Assembly: GCA_043228905.1 (NCBI GenBank)
Contig: JBHGNT010000001.1
Location: forward strand, 1,240,001-1,304,000
DNA from: Azolla caroliniana
Lineage: Eukaryota; Plantae; Polypodiophyta
Length of the DNA stretch: 64,000 nucleotides
Direction of reading: 5' to 3'
Shown here: in pieces, positions 24,801-38,039 of the stretch
How positions within the stretch are numbered: position 1 is the first letter of the stretch
How the letters are laid out: every line of letters begins with the position of its first letter
Notes under the pieces: generated by a model
Told to the model about the DNA's origin: nothing
Databases searched by the model: none
Seen by the model: only the letters and a program-made list of their open reading frames with translations
Program-made: the position numbers and the translations under genes

Positions 24801-25891
24801 ATACCTCTTGTTTCAATACCAATAGAATTTAGATGCAAGGGTCACCTCCATCTAGGAAATAGTATGTTTGTGTATGTCTCCAACAATGCAGGCAAAACTA
24901 GTAGAGAGAAACTTTGAAACACCCTTGGATTCTCTTTTACTTCCCCGAAACTACAAGATTACTAAATTGAGAAAAAGGGAATGAATTAATAATGCAATTT
25001 GCTTGCTTGGATGAGAATGGGGTTGAGAATGTCATTTGGAGGAAATAACAAAAACATAGGAAACTAAAAGAAAAAATCAGACCTTTCGGTGTTTTCCCAG
25101 TTATGTCTCACACTTAAATGTGACACAATTTTAGTGAACTTATATGTAACAGAGATTAATTTCTCTACACACATCAGAATGCTTGAAACGATTTTGATCA
25201 GTTCAAAAATATTATCAGCCATCTGGAAACATTATCATCCATAGTCTATACGAGAATTGTTCAGCCTCAACACATCAAGTGATTTTTACATCATTCCAAA
25301 CCATGCGTAAAGTTCCCTAATCATCTGGAAACATTATCATCCATAGTTTATACAAGAATTGTTCAGCCTCAACACATTAAGTGATTTTTACATCATTCCA
25401 AACCATGCATAAAGTGATTTTGAGGACGTTCGAATTAATACATATTTATGAAAAGGAAACAAGTTTTTGCTACAGCAGAATTTTATTTAAAAGATCAAGT
25501 CCTCAAAATGTTGAGTCATAAACCCTAATCACAGATACCTGAAACCCTAAACAAGGATGAGAATACCATCATTGCATCCTCATCATCTTAGATGACATCC
25601 TCCCAATGTTGAATATCATAGAACCTAATCAGGGAAGCCTTAAACTCTAAACAAGCATCCACATAACAGAATACAGACATATTCGTCTTCATCTATCAGA
25701 GAACACAGAACTATTTTTCAGAATTTTGAAGTTAAACCCTAATCGCAGAAACCTGAAACCCTAAACAAGGATTGATAGAGCAGAATATCATCGTCATCAT
25801 CGTCATCAACATGAAAAACATAACAGAGAGAGCACAGGTTTTCATTTTTCACAGAAAGCAGTGGAGAAAAGAAGTAGGGAACACGTACCAT
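21881..25891 (-). CDS. ERH: Enhancer of rudimentary homolog (104 aa); coding exons 25891-25889 (ATG), 22427-22334, 22224-22104, 21977-21881
   Basis: Spliced product MANKHTIILIQPNPSRATRTFMDFDTVAQAIDGICGLFERKLKELNPNVRNISYDITDLYKFIDGQVDMSALVFDPSIQAYLPYDRQWIKQRAFQHLKKLAGKA. All introns are GT-AG with consistent phases. The ATG-only first coding exon (ATG|GTACG) is inferred. Confidence 0.92.
23400..24666 (+). mobile_element. Decayed Ty1/Copia 3' remnant (RNase H, PPT, probable LTR) in ERH intron 1, antisense to ERH
   Basis: NLVFH..QYHFMQELISDEKV...DN.VGIFT (23700-23820) is a degenerate Copia RNase H. Purine tract at ~24251-24265. TG...CA-bounded AT-rich segment ~24297-24666 contains an ~80-bp internal duplication. 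Confidence 0.6.
25220..25415. repeat. ~94-bp tandem duplication (period 102) in ERH intron 1
   Basis: CATCTGGAAACATTATCATCCATAG...CCAAACCATGC occurs at 25220 and 25322 with a few mismatches. Confidence 0.85.
25519..25765. promoter_or_regulatory. Telo-box (AAACCCTAA) cluster near the 5' end of ERH intron 1
   Basis: AAACCCTAA at ~25520, 25542, 25734 and 25755, lying within a degenerate duplicated unit. Confidence 0.5.
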
Positions 25892-26479
25892 GGAAACGAA
25901 GCTTTCCCTGCCTCCGCAACAGAGTTCCTCTTATTTGCTCTGTATATTCAAGCCCGAATCAAATAGGCTTGGGTTAAGCGTTAATCGTTAATCGTTAATC
26001 GCTAATCGTTTACTGTTTATCGCTAATTGCTAATCGTTAAGTGTTTAATCGCTAATCATTAATTAGGTTCCGGAATTCACCCTTGTTAAGAATGGTTTCC
26101 ACACCTCATCAGTCGATTGACATGTCGAACACCGTCTAGACTTTAGAAGTCAAACAACAACCTATACTTCTGTTGCATTTTTTCAAATCTTGTTTGATTT
26201 CAGCATACCATCGAAAACCACTCATTCATTTTAAGCCATTATGTTTTAATGTCGTCATGTTTGGACTTACACATGATAGTGTTGCATACTAGAGTAACGC
26301 CAATACGTGGTATTTGCATGGAACGGTCGAATAAGGTAGATTTTGAGTTTCTCACAAGGAGATAAAGGATACAAACACAAAAGAAGAAGAGAAGACACGA
26401 GAAAAGAAACACAAGAAGTAACATTCATCCTCCATTACCGGTAACATTCATCCTCCATTAGGTATTCATTGCATATCTT

Positions 26480-27560
26480 CATTCTTGGGTGATGGTGCCA
26501 TGCTCTTTATCTAATTTGTGTAAGTAAGTTCAAAAAAGTGTAAGGGCTCTCCGAGAGCCAAGGGTTATGGGGGTTGTAAGATGCGATTGAATACATTATG
26601 AAATGTATACCTTGTATTGGGGTTAACATTTGTAATGTAATATTCCAATTTTGACATTTTAGTATCTTATGACTTCATCTTAGTAGTTACTAGTAATCAA
26701 TCCCCAATTTCATAGCATCACCTAAGAGCTCCAATGTGTAGTCTACTCTCCCATTTTCAAATCATCTCATGATATCAAAGCACATAACTAGGTGAGTGGA
26801 TTTTGCTCTTGTTAGTTTCTTGTGTCCTCCAAGCATGTTTTGGCAATATGTGATTGTGCATATTGAATTTCATAATATACTAGTATATGTAGTGCATGGC
26901 TAGTCTTCTCTATGGGTTGGGCAAATTTTCTAATAAATAACATGACAAGATAGGAAGTTGAGAATTTAATTCTCAATTGTCTACATATGAATTTTTTAAA
27001 TTTTTTTTCTATTTCATTCCATACACTAAGTGAGATAGTGTCACCCGTGACCCCACCCTTCCACTCCATAAAGCAACACATGGATCACATTAGCATTGAA
27101 TAACATCAATCTCACTTCCCATCCTACAGTATCTATCACTTTGGCTGCATTGATTGTCAAACATATGTATAATAACTTTTCCAACATGTTGGAAGTTTAT
27201 ACTCATAGCAAACATTCTTGATAGAAAATTAATACCACCGAATTTGAAGCTTTGCACCACTTTTATATAAGAGTTGGGCAGTTTCTTGCTTGCAGTCTAA
27301 CGCAACAACCATCAAGTTGTTGTTGCAACCAAATTAGGTGTTAGACAATCACCCCCTGCCTACTCTTGTATTACTTGAAGTCTCAAACCAATGAAAGAAC
27401 AATAAGCAACGTAAAAGTGTGCTGGAATCCATAGAGATATCCTTTAGAGTTTATCTCTATACTAAAGTACCCATATGCATTGTCATATTCCTTGTATCAT
27501 TTGCTACATGCATCAATATACAAATCATACCAATTTCTCTACATATTTGACACAAAATTC
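26480..27560 (-). mobile_element. Decayed LINE RT relic
   Basis: Broken minus-strand fragments resemble RQG (GVxQG), the FADD-region and K.Y.G motifs, plus IEKKFKKFICRQLRIKFST. Confidence 0.4.
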
Positions 27561-28488
27561 TATCAAGATTCATTTGCACATCTTTTTTGTGCTATGAGCT
27601 AGCTAAAAAAACATTAAATTAAGACTGATTTTAGGGATATTTTCGTGATCACAAATCTCCAGCCAGGTTCATTTTCCCACTGCAATTATTAGCTTGTAAA
27701 CCATCTCTTTAAATCATGCATTTTCAACCGTTTAATTTGTGTTAATCTCTCTTATGTCAAACAAATATAATATTGATAAGACCATAGAACGATGAACAAA
27801 ACCATTTCTCTAAATCATTTACTGATAGACCATCTCTTTAAATCATGAGACCAATGTATTATTCACGAAAAATGTTCTAACTTTGTGGCATTCAGACAAT
27901 CATGATAATATATATTCCTACCAAAACTTCTTCTAGCCATATGTAGCTAGATAGCTAGTAACAAAAGCCTCACACTAGCGGAGAGCAAAATATTGCCATT
28001 GAGTAGGACGGCCATTCTTATGTTTACTAATCAGACCTTTATGTCTTTATCCATATGATGCCTTAATGGCTAGTATGGTCATATATATATAATATATGTC
28101 TTGATTGAGTGGGATTTTCCGTTCTGTTTTTCTTTCTATGTTGTATTATAGGAATATTTTAGCTATACATTCCAAGTGGGATTTTGCTTGACCTTGTCAT
28201 TTTTTTCCTCAAATCATGAATATTTTTTGTAGATAAGTTTGGAAGGAATTTCCCCAATCTAACGCTAGATGCAAACCTGTTTTTCATCTCTGTACAGAGG
28301 TCTTATAAGCTCACAATAATGCTAGAAAAACCCAGATTTGTATACACTAAACACCTGTGTGTTGTGTTTATAACCATCTTTTTCATTGTTCCTCTGCTCT
28401 TTTTGGTAGATTTTGTTGCATTATGCAAACAGCCATCTTTTGGAGTAACAAGTTCCATACTAAGGCTTCCTATGTTTTTGTTTAAGGG

Positions 28489-30525
28489 CTAGACGATCAA
28501 CTCTTGTTCCTCAGATAAAGAACTTTTCGTGAAATGCATAATGGTAGAAGTAGCAGCAGCAGCAGCAGTAGTAGTAGTAAACTTCTCAGTGAATAACAAA
28601 CTAGTACTTAATCTCATTGTTTTTGCTGGATGTGATACAAAAACTTCATTCCTATCCTTCACAACCAACTCATTCTTCTCGGCTTCGGTAGCAATGCATA
28701 TCTTCAAATGCATCAATTTTTCTATACATTGTTTTGGTCTTGAGTTGATTCGATCTCGATGGCGAGCATTGCTTCCATATCCTCTGGTATTATTTCCGCT
28801 TCGATGGTTATTAGTATCTATTGCCAATAATTTCCTCTCAAAAGGGGACATCCATTTAGAAGACATGTATTCAAAGGTTCTCCACGGAGGCAAGGGCATT
28901 GAATTCTGTCCAAGAGATAACTTTGCAGCTTCGGCCATCACTTGCAAAACTTTCTTGAGCTTTTCTATTTTTCCGACAAATATCATTGGTAGAAATTTCA
29001 AAGCATTTGCATAAGAATGTGTTGGCCGGGCAATCTCAAACTGGCTTTGAAAATCCAGATCTAATATTAAACGTTCAGGGTTGCAGACCATTACATCTTC
29101 TTCGAAGAGGAAATCTATATACTCATACTTGCCTACAACAATCCAACAGAGTTTCAAAGTTGTTAAGGTTTACCCACAAAATAACACGTAATAAGCCAAG
29201 GAAAACAGATATTACACGTACATTAAGAAAATAATTACTCTTTCTCTACTAAAGTGACGCCTCACATACAATAATCCTACGCGGTTAAAACTAAGTGTAG
29301 AAACTGATCCACAAGACATATAATAAGCCAAGATATGCCATGCATATAAGGAATTATCAGTATTTCTCATTCATTTCTTGCATAGACGAGATAGTCTAAT
29401 GCTTAATGAAACGCAATATGATAATTTACATCCAAAAAATACAAATAATTCCTTTCAGAAGTTTGACATAAAGATCGCAAAACAATCCTTGTGTAATCAA
29501 TAACTTTCAGAAATGAGCATCTTATAAACACTCTAAACCAGATCGTATTAAGACTTTCTTCTACATTTATGCAAAACATCAACTACTTCCATTCAAAAGT
29601 TGAGCGAGAGTCCTCAGTAAACATATACTGATTTCTCTCCAGAGATTGATTGAATAATGCTTACCCCCTGGAACGTTTCCCGAGTTCGACCACTTCGAGC
29701 TGCATATGGCAGCATTATATCCCAAGACTCGCATATGTTTGACCAGCAAGCGACGAACACACTCACCTTTGCACCCTGACATAGTGTTGAGACACTCCAA
29801 ATCCATCTCTTTAATAGAAAGGGAGACTTTGAGAAGAATTGATATTATCTCTCTCTCTAAAGGAGTAGCATTGAGTTTCAAAGCCTGATAATACAAAAAA
29901 ACGAATGGTACAATATACCATGAGACAGGATTTAAAAAATTGCTTGATTGTTCACGTAATTGGTATGGTTGTTTAGTTCCACGTATATTACAAATGATTG
30001 TTCAAGATAATACGCATAATTGCTCCAAAACTTGACGCAAGATTGTTCAACATAATAAGCATCATTGTTTGACAAATTCATGGGAGGAGAAAAAGGATTT
30101 GCTTGTTGAATTGCACTCACCTGAAGCATCTCCAAGGGTTTGATACCATTGTTTAGGCCATTTTCACCATCGCTGCTATCATGAAAATCAGATCCATAGC
30201 TCCCATTCTCCATGAAATCATGAACCATGGCTGCTAGGTCATGCTCGCTATCAGCACTACCATGACTAACATAACGAGTTATCTGAGATGAAATATGACC
30301 ACCATGAATCTGTTGATTAGTTGAGACGCAATCTGAAGGACGGACTATATTCGAGCAATTAAAGCAATGACATGCCAAAATGTTGTGGAGAGGTAAGCGT
30401 TTGACTCGCTCATTGGATACATTAATGGATGTTAAAACTCTAGGAGGTAGACATGTTCCGTCATGTGCCTCTGAAGAGAAGAGTTTGCCATCACTTCTAA
30501 GCTGGTTTAAAGGGAGGCCAGGCAT
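28489..30525 (-). CDS. DUF506 (PDDEXK-like) plant protein; exons 30525-30121, 29884-29665, 29132-28489 (422 aa)
   Basis: Motifs DLAAMVHDFMEN, GYNAAICSSKW, PGGKYEYID, LILDLDFQSQFEIARPT and MPLPPWRTFEYMSSKW. GT-AG introns of phase 0 and 1 restore one ORF. Confidence 0.92.
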
Positions 30526-33241
30526 ATCTCACAGACAAAGCACAAAGATGAGGGTTTCTTTTCCTTTGGATGAAATGATAGGTTAAGGAATTTATGCGCT
30601 GGTGCTGTCACTTTCTACACCTAATAATGATGATCGTTGAAGGTGATCATGATCGTGATGATAATAACCATTACGAACTTTATGTTTGTTCAAGATGATG
30701 AAGATAAGATTTTGTTTCCTGTTTGGTTAGGAATTTTGCTGTTGTTGTCCAAATGATCTCAGATAATGATGTTGAAATGGTGTAAATGGTGTGGGAAACA
30801 ATGATAACGATAACGATAATCTGATATTCTGAGTTTCTTTGACAATGCCAGACGATTCTCACATCTGTACTGCAAAAGCTTAAAGTCTGTGCAATAATGG
30901 TCCTTCAAAAAAATCCTGTTGATAACAGACAGAAGCGAAAGGTTCTGAGTAGAGAAAGAAAGATGAAAAGCAAGACAAACACGAAAAGAGATCAGAGAGA
31001 GTAAGAGAGAACAAGGTGCGCACGCGCTGATAACACAGTTTACACTCATTCAATGACAGAGAGGCGAGCGCGCAAATATGGACGTACACGCAAAGGAGGA
31101 ACGAGAGAGTGACACGCTTTAGCTAACTTCTTGAACAAGCCATATTAGCAGAAGAAACCATAGAAGAAATCTCCCTCCCACTCTCAACCTCTCGTTTGAT
31201 TACATTTCACTCGCATTTACCCAAGATCATCTCGGTCCTTCAGCTTCATCTTCTTCATTACTTCTACTAATATTCTCTGATCTGATGGTGATCAATAATT
31301 CCGCATTTTTCTTCTCACTAACTACTGTTTCTGATTGTTCCTTTTTTTTTGTTTTCCTGCAGCGTCTCCAGAGAATCCTAATCCCTGGACCCTAACAAAG
31401 CGCGCAAGCCTTTTCTTTAATTTTAGTTACCCGTGCCGTTTAGGATTTGGAAATCAGTCGCGTTCGAATGACAATTCTCTCAGATCTCTTATAGAATTTG
31501 AACTGTAAAAAGGCTTTCTCTACCTCTCTAACAGTGGAACCTGAATCGTAGTGACTCCAACAATTGAGTTCGAACAGAATGTCAGAAAAAACATCATATC
31601 CGCTTTGCTTCTATCCTACGTCATCTCCTTCTTTCACAATAAAACTGTTCTTTTTTTTCACCTTGCATCTACCTGTTTCACGTTACAGTTCTAGAAAAAG
31701 AAAGTTGGTCTTTCTCCAGTGACCCTTCCACTTCTCTAACACCTTCGTTTCATCTTGATCGCAGAGATAACGAGTAAAAATAAGCAAGAAGGAGCAATGC
31801 CACTGTCTTCCGTCGCCATATCCAAAATATGATCAGCTTTAATAACATATCGCAAAAGAGAGAACACAACTCATTTTCTGTATACGATCCCAATGTTCTC
31901 TAACAAAATTGAATCATTCATTTCGTCTATTCGCAGACAAAGAACATCCAGATTCAAATTCCAATCAAGAAAGAAATCATTTCTCTAGGTTTTCATGACC
32001 GAATCCTGAGGTTAAGAAAAAAGAACAGCAAATAGTTGACATAATCTCCAGAAGAAGAAAAAAACTACAAATAAGAATCAAGAAGGAAACTATATACCTC
32101 AAGTCCCTTACGATAAAGCAAAAACAAAAAGAATCGTATTGTTTATGATCACATGCTACTGGTAACTGGAATTTTTATATGCGTTCGCTTGAACTTATTC
32201 GTGAAAAATAAATGCACGCATTGAGTCAGCCTTAATGACTACAAGACCATGAAGGATTCAGAGTATGATATATCATACACAAAAGGCCTACACGACTACG
32301 ATCGGAAGCTAGGTATTCATGATCAATGGAGGAATCGAACTCTGCTGAAAATGGCGACAATGACGACGACGACGCAGGAATAGAGAAAGAAAGAACCTGA
32401 TAAACCAATCAAAAAAGATGAACTGATACCAATACAAATATCATGAATGACCTACAATGACCAAATACTCATCAAACCCAGGAGGAATCCGAACAGTGAA
32501 CAAAACATATATTGAAAGAATCTGAGAAAAAAATACATGAAACACAAGATACTTCAAAAATGGAATGAATAACTCACCTGTAGTGAAAACGAAGAGAGGT
32601 GAGTCACAGAAAAACTCCGTGAAAATCAAATTAATGCAGGAAACAGGTGACAGGTGAGAGCTGAAGAAGGAAGAAAGAAAAATAATTGATGAAAGAAAAT
32701 GAGGAATGAAACGGAAGAGATATCAGCGATGGTGTCAAGTGTTCAGAAAATGAATAAAGGGCGAGCTTCAGAAAATCCGTTTTTGACCAAAGCAATGTAG
32801 GATGCAGGATATAGTTCAGAGACGAAGGAGGACGGCGGGTGAAGGAAAGAAGACGAAGAAAAAGTTCTGACGATAGCGATGGAGATGATTCTGTATAGAT
32901 AAAATCGACGTATGGAAGAGAGTGGAGGTGGGAGAGAAAGAGAGAGAGAAGAGGGACGGTCTAGCGATGGCGACGGCGATGGCGATAAAGCCGTTTAGAT
33001 CGATCAAATGAGAGTGACTGGGGGTGAGAGGCGAAGGTGGATGGAAGAGTTCCGGGGATGGCGAAGAAGCCGCTGCTTGGATGAAACGGACGAAGGTAGA
33101 TACAAAGAAGAAGAAGAAGAAGAAGAAGAAGAAGAGGGAGAAGCTGTGGCGATGGAGAAACACGAAGCAGCAGAGAGAGACTGAGAGAGAGAGAGAGAGA
33201 GAGGAGATGAAGCTGGCGGGAGCAAAGCTGAGATAATTAGT

Positions 33242-33273
<32 letters not shown>

Positions 33274-34449
33274 TATAAATAACACAGAAACAGATATGTA
33301 CATACATATAGGGGATCCACATAATCAGTGGTTTGATAAAAATCTTTGGCCGCTAACTCTAGGTGAGGTTTTGGGCCCCCTCCTTGGTGACCGGCACATA
33401 TCTCCGTCCCTCTCAACGGACGGACAACAATACATAACCGTGATTTCTCTCTTGCCCTCCTAAATGACAACCCCGAAAGAGAACATGCATCGTCTCGACC
33501 GGAAACCCATCTCTCTTTGCTTGGATCCCTTCAATTACTAGTGTAAGTTTCGGTAAAGATTGGTCTTGTGGTAAACCGTTTGGGATATGTGGTATCCAAT
33601 AGGGATCAATGCCAAGGCGCATTGATGTTCCTTCGTTGGAGATCTCTTTCCAAAATCCGTTAATAAATCTTAACTTCTATCAAGAATGGTGTGGGTGTTA
33701 ACGATCACCCGTTTGGATATAGGAAATATCCTGTAAGAATCGAGAGAGGGAGTCTTTCGGTCAAGTTTTTGCAAAATAATATTAATGTCCCTTCCTATTC
33801 CAAAATAATAAAACATTGGGGGTCATGTTTTTGCCAAGCATCCTTTTTGAGAAACCTTCAATGAATCCTAAGTTTTAACTAGTATGGTCAAGTGGTGACA
33901 CCTTCCTATAAAATCAAGAATAAGTGTTCATATGTCCCTTCCTCATTTGTTATCCCCTCCCCTCACAAGTGTCTACCTCTTTCATGGCCTTCTGACACCA
34001 ACAATACTTAATGAAGATCAAATATTAGTAGGGTTATCTCATTTATGTGTGTGTATTGGTAACATAAAGTGAGTCTAGTGCAAATTATGAAGATAGGTAT
34101 GACTTGATGGAGAAAGATCAGATGCACGTAAAACCATGGACATGGATATCTATGAAGGTATGAATAGGGTGTGGCAAGCCCATTAACGACAAGGAGCATG
34201 GGTGAACTTAAACATGCTTCAAGACAATAAGGCATTTGATATACTATGGTGTTTGAAGGAATTGTCTTCAAGCTTAGTCACATGGTGCATGTCATCCAAT
34301 CAATTCCAGTCTCAGCTTAGGCCATTATACTTATACTACTTCTCTCTTAGTCGAGTATTATGATGTAACCCTATATAATGACCAAGAGAAGGATAATAGA
34401 AAATGAAGAAGGTTAACACTTAGTTAATCAAATGAGATATCTTTATTCA

Positions 34450-35340
34450 AACTATTGGTCATAATAATCACAATCCTCTAACTATAGCAGTTACATTAGT
34501 TTATAGGTTGGTCGTGTGGATAACATTTATGTGATTTAAATATGATCTTTGAAATCAAGAAAGTGGAACAACTTAAGCTTGATTGGTCTTCACACCCATT
34601 GCGAATTTCACATGCAAGTTAGGAATCCATTTTGATCTATTGACAACATAAGTCACAACTCTATTTGGTAGTGATTGATGGACTTGCAAAAATGAATACA
34701 TTTATTGCCGCAAAATGATATGCTACAACCTAGGAGGTAAGATGCATTTTTGAGTTGTATCGTTTGCATGTTGTATCTACCAAGGTTGTGAACAAAATCC
34801 AATCATTATTTTGATTTGGATGTCAACAGAATTGGACAAAAAAATGTTCAATGCAATGAATCATCTTGAAAATTTTGGTCACACTTACTCATCACTGAAG
34901 ATTAGAAAATATTATTCGTGCATATGTAAATACCAATAATATGTGTGCATAGGTTTTCATGCATTCATGTAAAATGTTTGGTGTTCAACCTTGATTACCT
35001 ATCATAGTTGCATTACAAAAACAATGTTTTCTAATTTTAAGGCTTTGAGATTAGATCATAATAATATGTTCGGTATTACACTTCCGATACTCACAACCTC
35101 AATATCACATACACAAAGTATGGTGATGAGAAGTGCTCAGAATGTGCCACCTTCCAAGAAAGTGAGCATGTGCACGTCAAGGTTAATATGAAACTCTAAA
35201 AGTTTCAAAACCATTCATTTTCACATTATTATAAAAATTGGGGATGGGGAATCAAACAATTTCAATTGACATATGTATAGTCAAGTTCGTCTTGTTTTTG
35301 ACATTAATTGCCTTAAGGTTTGTTCTCCACGTGATTCACA
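34450..35340 (+). mobile_element. Decayed Gypsy integrase relic
   Basis: Weak fragments resemble GLLxP...S.DF, VIDxLxKM..F and VFxxxxLK; many stops. Confidence 0.35.
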
Positions 35341-35362
35341 AGTTACAACCATTATTGTTTGA

Positions 35363-35985
35363 TTTTTTCTTTTTTCTTTTTTTTTCCAAAAAAAAAAACT
35401 CCTTCCATTAGTTATAAAATTTTACAAATGAGACGATTATGTACAAATCCCTATAGGGACACGATAGTTCCGTCTTATGTGGATGCCCATTGACTCAAGA
35501 AAGGGAGAGGACGACCATTGTTGGATGAAGGTTATTCGTTGTCTTTCAACTCCATCGGAGCCGCCCTTGAGGCCATCATATTGGCTGTTTAGAGTGGCTA
35601 CAATTTCACTCCATATCTCTTGTAGTAACCTTGTTGGATGCGCGGTTTGGTTGGAGAAGACTCGTCTACACCGTTGTTCCATAGAATCCAAAGAGTTATT
35701 GGGATGACTAATTCCAACACATCTTGAGATTTGTTATTAAGAGTGGAGTGGACATTGCCGTTGGAGGAGAAAAAAACCTCTTGTGCTTTTATCACCAAAG
35801 TCATCCCCTCCTCTTGATGCTCGTATCTGCCAACTGCGGTCTGCCATGATAGCCAACATATATTTCCCCACTTGATTGAGCCTTGCACCTAGCATAATAT
35901 CAACAAGCGGCCAACCCCCCGTCATATTCGATGGGACGTTGGGCAGTCCCACAGAGCGTGTCATATTGATTCTTTTAGTCAAGTA
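35363..35985 (-). mobile_element. 5'-truncated LINE 3' end (zf-RVT-like C-terminus plus A-rich tail), copy 1
   Basis: ESIxHALWDCPTSHRI motif. Clearly homologous to 38230-38845 and 37715-38035. The A-rich tail reads as a T-run at 35363-35386. Confidence 0.75.
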
Positions 35986-37714
35986 GTCTTGAGTTCAGAT
36001 AATTATTTCTTGAGAGCCACCTGCATGACATAATATGTGTTTTATATTGACACTTAAAACAAATGTAATATGATTACTGGCATAAATACTTATTCAAGTA
36101 GTCTAGATTTATGCTCAATGGACTCCAAATCAAAAAGACCATCCAACAATCGACAAAAGATATTCTAAATTTGCGTATGATCATTTAAACCTTTGTCAAC
36201 ATGAACAAAATGTGAGGATTGTGGTATTCTCGTCAAACAAACAGGACAATCTTCTATTTGTACTATGCATTGGAGTTAATGTATAACCCCATGTGGGAAT
36301 CATAAGAATAAAGCTAGGGCATGATGGATGACTTTGTATTGGATAATTAGGATGTTATTGAGTCTCATGTTAGAGACACTTGAAGTGCAAAGCCGTCATC
36401 CCTCCCTCCCCTCCCCCCAACAAGAAATAATAATAATAATAAACATCTCTCCATATATTGTGAATATTGTAATCTTATATTGTATATAAATTTATTGTGT
36501 TGCCTTTTAACTATCTCTTCCCTCTTTGAGCTTATCATCTCTACCAAGGACTTTGCTATCCCAATTTGCATACAAATACAACGTTATTTGCCAATATGAA
36601 GCATCTCTTAGACTAATGGAACGACCATTGTGAATGTGGTTGTCTTAACTCTTGTTTCACTGGATGGCCCAAACCCAAAATCCTTGAGATTATCTAGAAA
36701 CTTATTGTTGATGGCTTTAATTTTTTTGACAAAATTTAAGGGAAACATGCAAGCATTCTACGGCTTTGTATTTATCCTCATTGTGCCACATGTTGGTTCG
36801 TTCGGTCTATATTGCATGTTGGGAAAACTTTTACGTTATAGAATTTAGCTTTTGCAAGGTAAGATTGAATAATTTAGGTCATGTCTCGATTTCCAATCAA
36901 GTAATTGCAATTTAAAACACATGATCAAGTTTCCTATAAATAATACTTAGATGACACTCCATTTCCACCCTTGACTTACACACGTACACTTTCAATGATA
37001 CATACCCATGCCATAAAATTCCACCTTTAAGGTATGAAATGTGCATTCATGCAAGGCTTTAGTGCCATGAGATTTATGAGGATAAACACTTGTCATTTTG
37101 GGTGCAACATAATTAGTCAAATTATGATTTCCTTAATTAGTTACAATTGTCATATCAACATGCTCATAATATAGAAATATATATCATATCGTGTGCATGG
37201 AAGCAAGGCCTTTTAAGAAAATTAGCTATTTCACGTAAGCTATGAAAGTGTTGAACTCACGTGGTATATTGACAAACTTATTATCACTTACATCTCGAAT
37301 TTCAATATGACACTTTATTATGTACATTTCAATATTTCGATAGGTTATGTAGCTTTTCATACGCAATGTTCAACCATGATTTCATACGAAATATTCAACC
37401 ACGATATGCTAAGTATCACCTTGTTAGAAATCTTTTTGCAAAAAGTGCAAGAAATCCCTATGAAGTTTGAAGTAACATTACTTAAACTTTGTGTTTTTAA
37501 CTGTTACTTTGAATGTCAAACACTTGTGAAAAGTTTAGTTATATAGCATGGTTTTGAAAATGTTACGCCTCGAAAAGGCCCTTGAAGTATGCTTATTATG
37601 AGCATTTGATATAATTTTATATTTAATCACATTAAAAGTTCAAGTGTATAGAGTGTTTCTTAATGTGTATATTTTTATTGTATCATGTGCATTAAAATTA
37701 AAAGAAGAAATTGA

Positions 37715-38035
37715 ACAACGCTATATACGGGTCTTCTCCAACCAAATCGCGCATCCGACAATGTTACTGCTATGGAGTGAAATTGTAGCCACTCTAAAGA
37801 GCCAATATGATGGCCTCAAGGGCGGCTCCGATGGAGTTGAAAGACAACGAATAGCCTTCATCCAACAATGGCCGTCCTCTCCCTTTCTTGAGTCAGTGGG
37901 CATCCACATAAGATGGAACTATTGCATCCCTACAGGGATTTGTACACAATAATCTCATTTGTAAAATTTTATAACTAATGGAAGGAGTTTTTTTTGGAAA
38001 AAAAGAAAAAAGAAAAGAAGAAGAAGAAGAAGAAA
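37715..38035 (+). mobile_element. Short LINE 3' end, copy 2
   Basis: VFSNQ.AHPT...SQYDGLKGGSDGVERQR..FIQQW.SSPFLES is shared with copy 1, followed by an A/GAA-rich tail. Confidence 0.8.
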
Positions 38036-38039
38036 TTGA

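Noticed and set aside
32816-33322. 168-aa hydrophobic ORF and neighbouring ORFs
   Set aside because: Translations of (TA), (GA) and (GAA) microsatellites in a probable promoter/5' UTR.
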